Below, piece after piece: positions 53,377 to 64,000 of a stretch of DNA of 64,000 nt (within the stretch, counting starts at the first letter, position 1; the number at the start of each line of letters is the position of its first letter). The position numbers were made by a program, and so were the translations under genes. The DNA comes from Camelus dromedarius. Taxonomy: Eukaryota. The notes beneath the pieces are model-generated. The model was not told the DNA's origin. It saw nothing but the letters and a program-made list of their open reading frames with translations, and ran no database searches. Location of the stretch: positions 51,462,001-51,526,000 of the forward strand of contig NC_087436.1 of NCBI RefSeq assembly GCF_036321535.1. Reading direction: 5' to 3'.

Positions 53377-53482
53377 GTTCTTTTTGAGGGTAGATTTCAG
53401 TTTGGAGTGATCGGAACTCATAATATGGTATCTCACGTTTGAATGTGGATGTGAGAATATTATCAAGTTCATCAATGTCATT
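53377..53482 (-). CDS. BANK1: BANK1 internal coding exon (equivalent to human exon 6), 106 nt, phase 0 to 1
   Basis: Minus strand reads ...ctttttcacctgaaaacag|AATGACATT...AAAGAAC|gtgagt and translates NDIDELDNILTSTFKREIPYYEFRSLQTEIYPQKE plus 1 nt. This matches human BANK1 NSIEELDGVLTSIFKHEIPYYEFQSLQTEICSQNK as I recall it. It is absent from the ORF track because it is short. Confidence 0.95.
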
Positions 53483-56400
53483 CTGTTTTCAGGTGAAAAA
53501 GATTATTTTTAGTTCAATTATTTACACAGAAACTCATCTTAGTACAATATAATAAAAATTACTGACTGGAGTAAATACTGGTTAATCTTTAATAATACTG
53601 ATATTCTTCTTAAAAGAATAATATAAAATACTAGGGACTTGCCTAAAAGCCAATTATTAGAATAATAGAAAAATGTATGCAGGAAATAAGTCTTTGCTTT
53701 TGGATGAGTTAATTTACTTAAACACTTACTAATTTTAGAAGAATATTACAGCAGGTCAAAGATAACACTGAAATTTGTTTCAATAAATTCTTTTAAAATA
53801 CATATTACAATTTAATAAATGAAATAGTAAAATGATGAGTCTGATTCTTCAACTTAAGGGTCAGAAATGGAATAGTCTTAAACAGATTATTTTATTTCTG
53901 TGTCAGAGTGAGAGAGAATATTCATCCTGAACTATTTTTTACCCCCTGCAGATACGGAGTAACTATATGCCAACTTTGTTTCCTTAATGTGAGCATCTTG
54001 GAAGAGGCCATGCAGAATCCAAGTGTTCTACTATTGATGATATAACCTACTGCAAAGGCCACCATTTTTTAAAATTGTGTTTTGTGAAGCAACTGCTGGG
54101 ACCACATTGAGATTAGACACAGATGATTATAGCTGAGGAAGTGGGCCAATCAACAAAGCCATGGGGTGGAGAGAGGACTGTGGAACAAAAACGTCTAATC
54201 AAGACTTTTTCCAAATAAAATCAGACATATTGCCAATACACAGTCACAGAAATTAAATGGCTGGATTGAAAAAAAAAGATGTTACTCTATTTCTTCATTT
54301 TTCAATAATCTAGATGCCTCAAATAATAAAGTTGTTCAGGCCTTTCTGGATTTTCTGAAAGTCCTGCTTAGAAGTGGGAAGAAAGGATGAAAGCCCTTTT
54401 CTCAACCAACAGCTGGGGGATGCAAAGCAAAACCCAGCATTAACCTACTTAAAACTATGAACTATGTGAAGCCCTTAATTGCGGATTTTTTTTTTTTTCA
54501 AAGGAGGGGATTTACAAAAAGCTCTGCCTTCAGGGCACTCAGGGTCATGTAATTGTGTGTGGGCAATGAACTCAGTGTTTCAGGTACTCTTACACGAAGT
54601 CTCTACGGGTCAGGGACGGTGCTGGCAAAGGGGAAGTGGCTAGCTCTACAGAGGAAGAAACAGTCAAGAAAGGTCTTACAGAAGAGGTGACCTAAGCTGA
54701 GACTGCTATGTACACAAGGAGTTCTGGACTACAGGCACACATTGTATATAGTCAAGGAGGTGTCATGAAGCATGACCTGGTTAAGAATTTCCGTAAGACT
54801 GCAGAATTAGAAGGAAGTGGGCATTTCAAAAAGTGACTTATATGTCTGATAAGAAGTTTTTAATTCATCGTGTAAGCAACAAGAAGTTACTTAAAGCCTA
54901 TAGTACTTAACATGAAAATGTTTATTATGTGGATTAAATTAAGCTTATTTAAATATCAGCATAACTATGATTGCTTATGTGGTTGAATATTGATATCGAG
55001 TGAGACCTCGTCTTTCAGTTTATATGAATAGTTATTACTCAGTCTTTTCAAAAGACTTTGATAGGAATGGTAGGGCAAAACATTATTGGCAATATATTTG
55101 CACATTCTTTAGCTTAAAGCTCAAAAAGAGTATGTTTTGGCTATAGGACTTGATAAAAACAATTAAGAACTTATAAAAATCCTAACATTAGTTTGTAAAT
55201 TTTCTTAAAAATTTGTGTCAGTGGACATGAGAGTTCTGCACAGGCTATTATCTAGTCACTGGCATTTTTACATAAAGAGATAAACTTACTATTTCTTCCC
55301 AAAGTATACAAGATTTAACGAGTAGAGATTAGTGTGTCAGAGAGTTACTATACTCTTGTATAAGTTAGGCACAAGATAACCTCTGGGATTCCTTCAGCTC
55401 TGAAATTCTGAGACAGAGGAGAATTCAAAAGAGCATGACTTCCCAGGAGGAATCTCAGAAGTACAATTTCTCACACAGAGGCACTATGACACTTTAATAT
55501 GAGAAATGCTACAGCTTATATCATTGAACTTTTAAAATGAAATAGCAGTGTTTTTGGAATCAGAACAAAAAACCTCACCATGTAGAAAATGACATCTAAT
55601 TAAATAAAAAAACAATGCAGATACCCTTTAATATTCTAGCCTTTGATAAGCAGTTTAATCACTTCTGTTTTCAATTTCATAATCATGTTACTAGTATTAT
55701 GCTTGCATATTAATAAATGGTATAGAACACACAACAAAGATGTGAAAAATCACAGAAATGGCTACGAGAAACAATCCCCCCCCCAAATTTCTCCCCAGAA
55801 GATATTTTAAATAGAAAAATCTGATTTGGGTAGTTTTGCTTCTTTTTAAATTCCAAGGATGAAAATGGGCATCATTTCTAAACATTGGCACTGAAATTTG
55901 AAAATAATAAATTTTCCTCTCCTTAAAATAAATTGTGCAATCCTAAGAATACTTGTTGAGATTGGCACAACTGTTCTTCAAATAGAAAGATTAAAATGGA
56001 GTAGTCTAATATTTGTTCAGCAAAATGCACAACCAACCTATGATGTTAGTTATTAATGAGCAACTTAATATGAAAATAAGAGGAGAGTAAAATGATAAAA
56101 TTATATTGACAACAGTGTTTGGTTTTAGGAAAAATTCAATATACACAAATAATATGTACACATGTACATACGCATGCACACATAGATCTATACCTATCAA
56201 GAGCAGTAGAAAAAGAAAGTGGAAAAAGACTAAGATATGAAACAGACAGAAGGCTAGTTACAAAATAATAACACTCATACTGATGAAGTAAATACATGAC
56301 TTTTTCCAAGAGAATTTTTTCAGCACCCTGTGATGGAATGTGGGATTGATGATGTACTTAAAAATAAACTGCATATATATTTATAAATCACAATTCTATT

Positions 56401-56526
56401 TTAATATGAAGACGTTATATACATATATACTTATTCCTGATAAACAACTTCATTATACTGAGTATTTCTTCCTAAAAGAGAAAGAATACATAAAACGTTC
56501 ATTTTAAAAGATACATAAAATTATGC

Positions 56527-59345
56527 ACTTCTACTTCTGGGAAGATGGAATAGTTAGACTTTCTTCTTTTCTTCTCCTTCAATACAACTGAAATTTCATA
56601 TTTCAATAGAAAAATCAATTGTTATACCAAGAATCAGAAAGATCTCTTAACTGAATGAAAAGAGGCAATCAATAAATGCCAACACCAGATGAGAAGAATT
56701 TTATAATTATCTGACATAGATTTTAAAACATTCATGATAAAAATTCTGCAACAAGCAAATATATCGTTCTCAAAATAAATAAAAAATAAAGTGCCTCAGC
56801 ATGGAAATAGGACATCTCAACAAAGTAATAGAAAGTAAAAAAACAATCTATTTGAAATTTTAGAACTGAAAAATACAATAGTCAAAATAAAACTTCCGTG
56901 GATGGGCTCAACAGCAGAATGGAAAGGACGGAGGAAAAGACATTAAACTTAAAGACAGAACAATAAAAATACTCAATCTGTACAACAGAGAGAAAATGGA
57001 CTGGAAAAAATAGGGTGTCAGAGACCTGTGAGATTATAACAAAGGTTTTACATTTATGTGATTATAGAGTCCCAGGAAGAGAGGAGAAAGAGGGTAGGGA
57101 TGAAAAAGTACACAAAGAAATAATGACTGAAAACATCCTGAATTTAGTAAGAGACAAAGCTATAGGTTCAAGAAACTGAGCAAACCACACATAGGTTAAA
57201 CCCAAAGATTTCCCTGCCAAGAGACACCATAATTATACTTCTGAAAATTAAAGACAAAGAAAAATTCTGAAATAAGTGAGAAAGAAACAAAACCTAACTT
57301 ACAGTGTAAAAACAATCAGAAACACTGAAGTAACCATAGCTGCCAGAAAATGGGACAATATTTGTCGAGTGCTAAAAGAACTGTCAACCAAGAATCTTAT
57401 GCCCAGCAAAGCCATCCTTCAGGAGAGAAGGGAAATTAGGACATTCTACAGATTGATGGAAAACTTATGAAATTTATTGCCAGCAGATATATCCTAAAAT
57501 AATGAATAAACAATTTCTCTAAACAGTAAGGGTATGATAAAAGAATTGTGGAACAGGAGGAAGGAAGAAAGAGCACAGTAAGTAAAAAATACAGGTAAAC
57601 ACAATAGGCTTTCTTTCTCTAAATTATGAGTATTCTAAATTATGTTTGATGGTGGGAAGCAAAAATTATAATACTGTCTGAGGTGGTTTTAAATGTATGT
57701 AGATGGAATATCTAAGGCATTTGTATCATAAGTGGTGGAGGGGTAGAGGGAAGGTAAGGGAGGTGAGAATTCAATACTTCACTCAAACAGGTAAAATGAG
57801 GACATAGGTAGACCGTGATAAGTTATAAATATGTAACACTATCTAGAGCACTATCTAGAGACAAGCAGAGAAAGGCACTCATAATACTAGAAATAAATCA
57901 AAATAGAAATCTTAAAAAATATTTAAGTAAAACACAGTAATTCAAGGAAGAAAACTCAGATAAGTGAAAAGCAGAAAGCAAACTAAAAACAAAAAATAAA
58001 ATGGCAGTCTAAAGCCCTAACATACGAATATTTACAGTAACTATAAGTAGTCTAAAGAGAACAATTAAAAGATGGAGACTAGTAGAGTGGATTAAAACAC
58101 ATGATCTAATTATATGCTCTCTGTAAGAAACTTACTTCAAATAAGCAGTATGGGCAAACTTACTTCAAATAGACAGTATGGGCAGATGAAAGTAAAAGGA
58201 TAAAAAACAATATATCATGGGATCATTGCAAAGGAAAGCATGAGTAGCTATATATTAATATTAGATAAAAGAGACATTGGAGTAAAGATTACCAGAAACA
58301 GAAAGAGACATTATATAATGATAAAAGGGTCAATCCACCAAAGACATAATAATCCTAAATGCGTATGTAACAAAGCTGCAAAATATGTGAGGTTAAAAAC
58401 TGACAGAACTAATAGAAGGAATAGACAAATTTATACCATAGTTGGAGACATAAATATCTCTTTCAAAAATTGATAAAGGAAGTGGAAAGAAAATAAGGAA
58501 AAATACAGAACTCAACACACCATCATCCAATGACTGATATAACAACAAGGAACTACACAGCATTTTAAAAAACATTCCATCCAACAATAGCAGAATATGC
58601 ATTATCTCCAAGTGCCCATAGAATATAAACTGTGACAGATCATATCCTGGGATATAAACAAGTCTCAGCAAATCTAAAATAATTTAAATCATATAGAATG
58701 GGTTTTCCCAACTATGTGCAATCAAAGTAGAAATGAGTAACAGAAAGGTAACAGGAAAATCTCCAAACATGGAAAACAAGCAGTACACTTCTAAAAAAAT
58801 CCAGAATCAAAGAAGAAATCTCAAGGGAAATAAAAAAAATACATTAAACTCAATAAAAGTGAAATGCAACACATGAAAATTTGTGGAACACAGCTAAAGC
58901 AGAGTTGAAAGAAAATTTTATAGCACAAAATACACACATTAAAAAAGAGGAAAAAATCTCAAATCAATTATCTAGGCTTGCACTTCAACAATCCAGAAAA
59001 ATATTACAATAAACTCTAAGCAAGCAGAAAGAAGAAAATAATAAATATAGCGTAGAAATCAATTAAATTGAAAATATAAAAATAGAAAAGAACATCAGTG
59101 TAACAAGGAGATGATTCATTTAAAAGATCAATAATATTGACAATTCTCTAGCAAGACTTTTTTCAAAGTCTGAAAAAAGAGAGAACATACAAATGACAAA
59201 TGTCTGAATGAAAGAAGAGATATCACTATAGACCCTGTGGACCTCGAGAGGATAATAAAGGAGCACTCTGAACAACTCTACACGTATAACATTGACAAGT
59301 TAGATGAAATGGACCAATTTCCTGCAAAACACAAACTACCAAATG
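56527..59345 (+). mobile_element. Old L1 (L1MD/L1M4-like) 5' half: 5' UTR, ORF1 remnant and ORF2 endonuclease remnant, 3'-truncated
   Basis: Begins acttctacttctgggaagatgga. ORF1-like gaaattttagaactgaaaaatacaata...gatgggctcaacagcagaatgga. ORF2 EN remnants HYIMIKGSIHQ and IVGDIN appear in ORF 58240-58473. Ends ttagatgaaatggaccaatttcctgcaaaacacaaactaccaaa. Many stops and frameshifts. Confidence 0.9.
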
Positions 59346-59689
59346 CATAATCTCTATTATTTCTTCCAAATATATGTGAATCTATAATTTGTAATAATTA
59401 AAAGTTTAAATACTAACCAGAAAAAATTAAAGATACTCATTACACAATGCTGAATTCCTCGAGAGGAATAGCTATCATCATAGCAGCACCCCTTCAAAGT
59501 CTGATTCGCCCCTTTCTTGGATGAGAGGTGTGAACACTGGGCAGGACAGCATTGAGAGACTGTCCTTCAAAGGATTTTGGGGCGCTGGAATGTAAGCAGT
59601 TGGGAGATACTTCAGATGTATGGACTGATGTGAGAGGATGTATGTTGTAGGTGTAGGATAAATGTATACCATGAAACAGACTCAAAGAC

Positions 59690-59940
59690 TTTTAAGTAGT
59701 AATAATAACTACCACATGTTAAGCACTTACAATGCACTAGGCTTTATGTAATTTATCTCTAATGTTTATAACATTCCTCCATGGTAGAGTTTTTTTTAAT
59801 GCCTATTTTTAAAGATGTTACAATCACGGTACAAAAAAATCAGTAACACCCAAAATTGCAGAGCCAATAAGTAGCTGAATAAGGACTTTAACTTACAGCT
59901 TCACATTCTAAACACACTGCATTTCATGCTACATTCTAGT
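59690..59940 (-). mobile_element. MIR SINE
   Basis: taataactaccacatgttaagcacttacaatgcactaggc...gagccaataagtagctgaa. Confidence 0.65.
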
Positions 59941-59984
59941 CATGGAGGGAAGAATAAAATCTGAAATAGTATTTAAGAAAAATA

Positions 59985-60260
59985 AAGAATAAATCATGGT
60001 CCCATGGTTTCACAATGGACACTGCAGTTCCAAACATCATATTCATGTTTAGCCAAAAGATGGAGGAAAGGGCATACATGGAGGGGAAATGGGGAAGCTG
60101 GTTACTGTCAACCAGATCTATTCTTTTCCTTTTTTTAGAGCAAGAGCTCTAAAGATGTCTCCTTGGTCTCATTGTCTAGAACTGCCTCACATGACCACCT
60201 CCAGCTGCATGGTGGTTAAAAAATGTGAGAATCTGGATTTCTCAGCTTCAGTAGTAGAAA
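59985..60260 (-). mobile_element. MaLR LTR fragment (MLT1K/L-like)
   Basis: gtctcattgtctagaactgcctcacatgaccacctccagctgca. Confidence 0.6.
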
Positions 60261-61389
60261 TAGGCAAGGGAAAGGGATTTTAAATATTGGGATTGGGTGA
60301 AGAAACCTATAAAGTTTGCCACAGAATACTAATTTTTTAATTCTGGTAGAGAAATACAGTAATGATAAAGAATCTTGATTAATAAAAGAAACAATGAAAT
60401 AACCATAGGAGGGTTGTGACATATCCCTAATAGGAGACAAAATCCATCAAAAGGCTGCAGCATTTCACTCTTTACCTTTTGGTACCTAAAAGGAAAGTCA
60501 ATGGTTGAGCTAAAACCATCTTGTTTTTCTTATTATAACAAATTGCTATGCTTGTTTAAGTTTCACTAGTGAAAAAGAAAAAAGTCACTTCGTTTGTTCC
60601 ATTGTTCATAATGGGTGCTGTGAAAGCGAGCCAAGATAGCCATTTCAAGGAGAATCTGATACATAGTTTACATAACATATCTTAAACAACATTTCCTCCT
60701 ACAGCTTGTAAAGAGAATGATAGGTCAAAGAGCTAAGCAAATACTTTCTAAGGTTATAAAAAGCCTTTTCTTTTTTATTTTATGAGTATTCAAGTCCGAA
60801 CAGTTAATGTAAAAGAATAATCTAAATAAGTGAATTGGGCTAAGAAAAAGGTATTTTCCTTCGTCAGATTAATTTTTCAATTAAGTTCTGAGTGAGTCAG
60901 TTGTTAGAATTTCAACGTCTGTGACTACATAGACAAAAATAAATGTAAGAATATAAAATGATGCAATTTAACACCCCCTTAAAATACTTTATATTTATTA
61001 TTGATTAGGTATTCACATGGTTGTAGAATCTCTTTAAATAACTTGAAAGTAATTATTACAAGAAGAATGTATGTTTTGAGATCTGAAAAACCTGTGTTGA
61101 AATGCCTGCTCCAGGACTTATGAGCTGTGGACTTAACTAATACTTACCTGACAGAACTACTGAGAAGTTTAAATGAGTAAATATGTAGAATCTCCAGTAA
61201 ATATTAATTCCATTTTCTCTAAATACTCTGATGTGAGCTCAGTTATAATAATTCATGAAACGTAATCATTGTGATTTAGAAAAGTGCGCAACTGTCAATG
61301 AGGTGACTTTGCTCCCCAAACTGGCTTTTGTACTGACTGAACAAATAATTTCATTTGTTTTTTCTTTCTAAATTCTTAAATTAAATAAT

Positions 61390-61885
61390 GCATATCTTTA
61401 AAATTAACTAGAATGTAGGTTTTATATTATAATACAGATATCCAAAATGCCAGTGGCTTAAACAAGATAGAAGCCCATTTCTCTTTAACATAAAACTCTG
61501 GGATTAGGCAGTCCAGGACTGATGTCCTGACTCCCTGACTAGGAAATCTGGCTCTATTTTGTTTCACTCCTGTACATCATTTTCATGGTTCTTGTTGGCT
61601 TACCTATCAGTCCCTTGTTAGCACTGCAGCCAGTCAAAGGAAAAAGTCAGTGAGGGGGAGAGCATGACTCTACCCTTCTTTTAAGAGAGGCCATGATCAG
61701 AAATTTGTACATATCATTTCCACTGACATGCCATTAGCCATTAGTTAGTTACATGGCTATGCCTAGCGGCAAGGGAGTTAGGAAGTATAGTAGTTACCTG
61801 GTGGTCATGTGCCCAGATAAAAGTTGTATTACTATGTAAGAAAGGGAAAGGAAATACTGGGGGAAAGCTAGCAGTCTCTGCCATC
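61390..61885 (-). mobile_element. MaLR LTR (MLT1J/K-like)
   Basis: cagtggcttaaacaagatagaag...ttagttacatggctatgcctagcggcaagggag...ctagcagtctctgcca. Confidence 0.75.
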
Positions 61886-62599
61886 TCCATCAGTCATGAA
61901 AAATGCATAAACATCATGATTATGTAAAGGCAATCTGATTAAAAATTAGAAAAAAGGAAAACTGTCTTCTAGACCATTGATTGAAGCTTGATTGTGCTGA
62001 ATTTTTCAACTTAACCCCCCCCCCTCAGATAATGTCAAAAAGCCTCAAAAATTTACTTTGACCAAACTTGAACAGATAAATCAATGGAGATATGACATTA
62101 ATAAACAGGCAAACAAATAAACAAAGCTTTTCTAGTGTCAGCATTAGATACAGCAATCATAAGAATCATGTCTTTTCTCACTTTTACGTCCCTTTGGCAA
62201 TCATTTTGTAACAACTTACTGTTAAATATGTAGTAAAGTAAGGCAGTTTTGAAACAAATACTGCACTAACATATTCAAAGAAATGTCTTTCAAAAAAAAC
62301 CTTCTCTAACTGATGCCATGATTTCCCCCCACATTCTGGGAATTACTGTTTTGGGTTGCTTTAGATGCTAGTTTCCAAGCTAGACGACAGACTTAATCTC
62401 TTCGTTTTATGTTCATTTGATTTTTTTCCTTTGAGGTCCTTCCCTTCTTTGCCCTGCTCTTTCGACTTCAGTCAAAAGCAGCACTACTTAGTGACGAGTC
62501 CAATAACCTTCTTAAAAAGGGCTGTGCCTGAGCGATAGGAAGCCAGTGACTGTGGGAAAAAGGGGTCACTTGAGGTTGGATGGGAAACTTAATGTATCA

Positions 62600-63800
62600 G
62601 ATTCTTTCACTCAACAAAATATGTATTGAGCATCCATGTGTCTGCAGTGCAGTTGGTTCTGGAGATGAAACAGGGAACCCATAGCATCTCTGCCCTTACT
62701 AACCTTGGAGTCTAATGAGAGGGAGATAATGAGAAGTAGATAATGAGGGGTAATTTGAGAAATATCACACACATAGATGTCAAATTAGAATGTGATTAGT
62801 GTTGCAAAGAGATATACAGGGAGATGTATGGATCAGGGAAGGCTCCACTGAGGAAAAGATGCTGGATTAACATTTGCAGGATGAATTAGACTTAACAGGT
62901 GAAGACAATGATAGGGAAGGTGGAAGGGAAGAGTGTTCAAGACAGAGGAGTATATAGAAAGGCAGGCCCTGTGGCAGGAGATTAGGACTAAAGGCTCAGG
63001 AACCAAAAGCAGACCAGTGTTTCTGAAGTGCAGAGGTGAGGAAGAGGACAAAGATCAAGCTGGAGAGAGAGAGGGACAGTGTCTGCGAGGCCATATTCAT
63101 GTTAAAGATTTTTTTAATCCATACAATGACTGGAATCTATTGAAGTGTTTGAGCAGGAGAATTACATGCTGAGGTCTTTGTTTCTAAAGAACCTCACAAA
63201 CCAGGGACTTGAGATAAGGAGGATGTGCGCAGGAACACACGGGAGGGGCCTGGGTAGGAGGCTATCCTAGCCATGCAGGCAACAGGAAAAGCAGTGGACT
63301 AAAGTGCTAGAACTGGAGAAATGGGGAGATGAGTGAGCAATGTTCAAAAAGTAAAACTGCTACGGCTTAGTAATGGATAGAACCTGTCGGGCAAGAGAGT
63401 ACAAGGCACTGGGGGGGCTCTTAGGTTTCTGGCTTTTAAACTAGACTGATGAAATGTCATTTCCTGAGTCAGAGAACAGTGAAAGATGGGCTTAAAGGAA
63501 ATCCACCTTAATGAGATAACCTGCAGAGGGAGTATTTATCCAAAAATAAAAAAAAAAAAGGTGCCTCAGCATCAAAATTTGACTTATTTGAAACTTTATT
63601 TTCTAGATCTAGAAAGAAGAGATTGCCAAGGATACTGACAAGGAAATGCAAAGGGTGTAAGAAGAAAACCAGGTACATGTGTCTTCCTGGAAGCTAAGGA
63701 AAACATTTATGTCAAGAAAGTGAGTTTGATCAACGGTGTTAATGGCTGCTGAAAGGTCAAGTTAAATTGAATGAAAAAAATGATCATCAGATTTGTTGGG
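62600..63800 (-). mobile_element. L2 3' portion (about 1.2 kb, decayed)
   Basis: ttcactcaacaaaatatgtattgagcatc...gatcagggaaggctccactgaggaa...gctgctgaaaggtcaagt. Confidence 0.75.
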
Positions 63801-64000
63801 AGGAACTTGAGCATAACTGACATATATTTGTCTGTGTGTTGCTACTTAATAAGACTGATAAGACTAAATGGCTGACCTCTGGGAAAAAAATAATAAATTC
63901 CTAGAAGCTGAATTTTCCTTGTCAAAGATTTCTCTTACTTCATTTCCTGTGTCTTGATACTGTTTAGTGTAGCAGCATATTTCATGCATGCTAACACAAT

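Noticed and set aside
57276..58671. ORFs 57276-57470, 58240-58473 and 58393-58671 as genes
   Set aside because: They are frameshifted remnants of L1 ORF1/ORF2 or their antisense frames.
1..64000. CRISPR arrays, prokaryotic operons, NUMTs, non-retroviral endogenous viral elements, processed pseudogenes, snoRNA or miRNA genes
   Set aside because: None recognisable by eye. The remaining ORFs in the track are short with random-like composition. Highly decayed cases could only be excluded by BLASTX or Infernal searches.

Overview
Mammalian, AT-rich, repeat-dense intronic DNA. It is most likely from a camelid, because it carries a tRNA-Ala-derived SINE of the vic-1 type at about 6400-6544. The window lies inside BANK1 (B-cell scaffold protein with ankyrin repeats), transcribed on the minus strand. 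Only two coding exons are visible: 53482-53377 (106 nt, matching human exon 6) and 32076-31880 (197 nt, matching human exon 7, the ankyrin region). They splice in frame through canonical AG/GT sites. The rest is intron filled with decayed L1, L2, MIR, MLT1/MLT2/ERV1 solo LTRs, DNA transposons (MER82-like, MER5-like) and microsatellites. Repeat family names and human comparisons come from memory of consensus sequences, not from a search, and most repeat boundaries are approximate. I found no convincing new biological system. The best leads are modest: an apparently chimeric L1 insertion within one target-site duplication, a local CpG-rich patch that includes an ancient L1, a candidate conserved non-coding element, candidate CTCF and B-cell factor sites, and several small duplications and palindromes.
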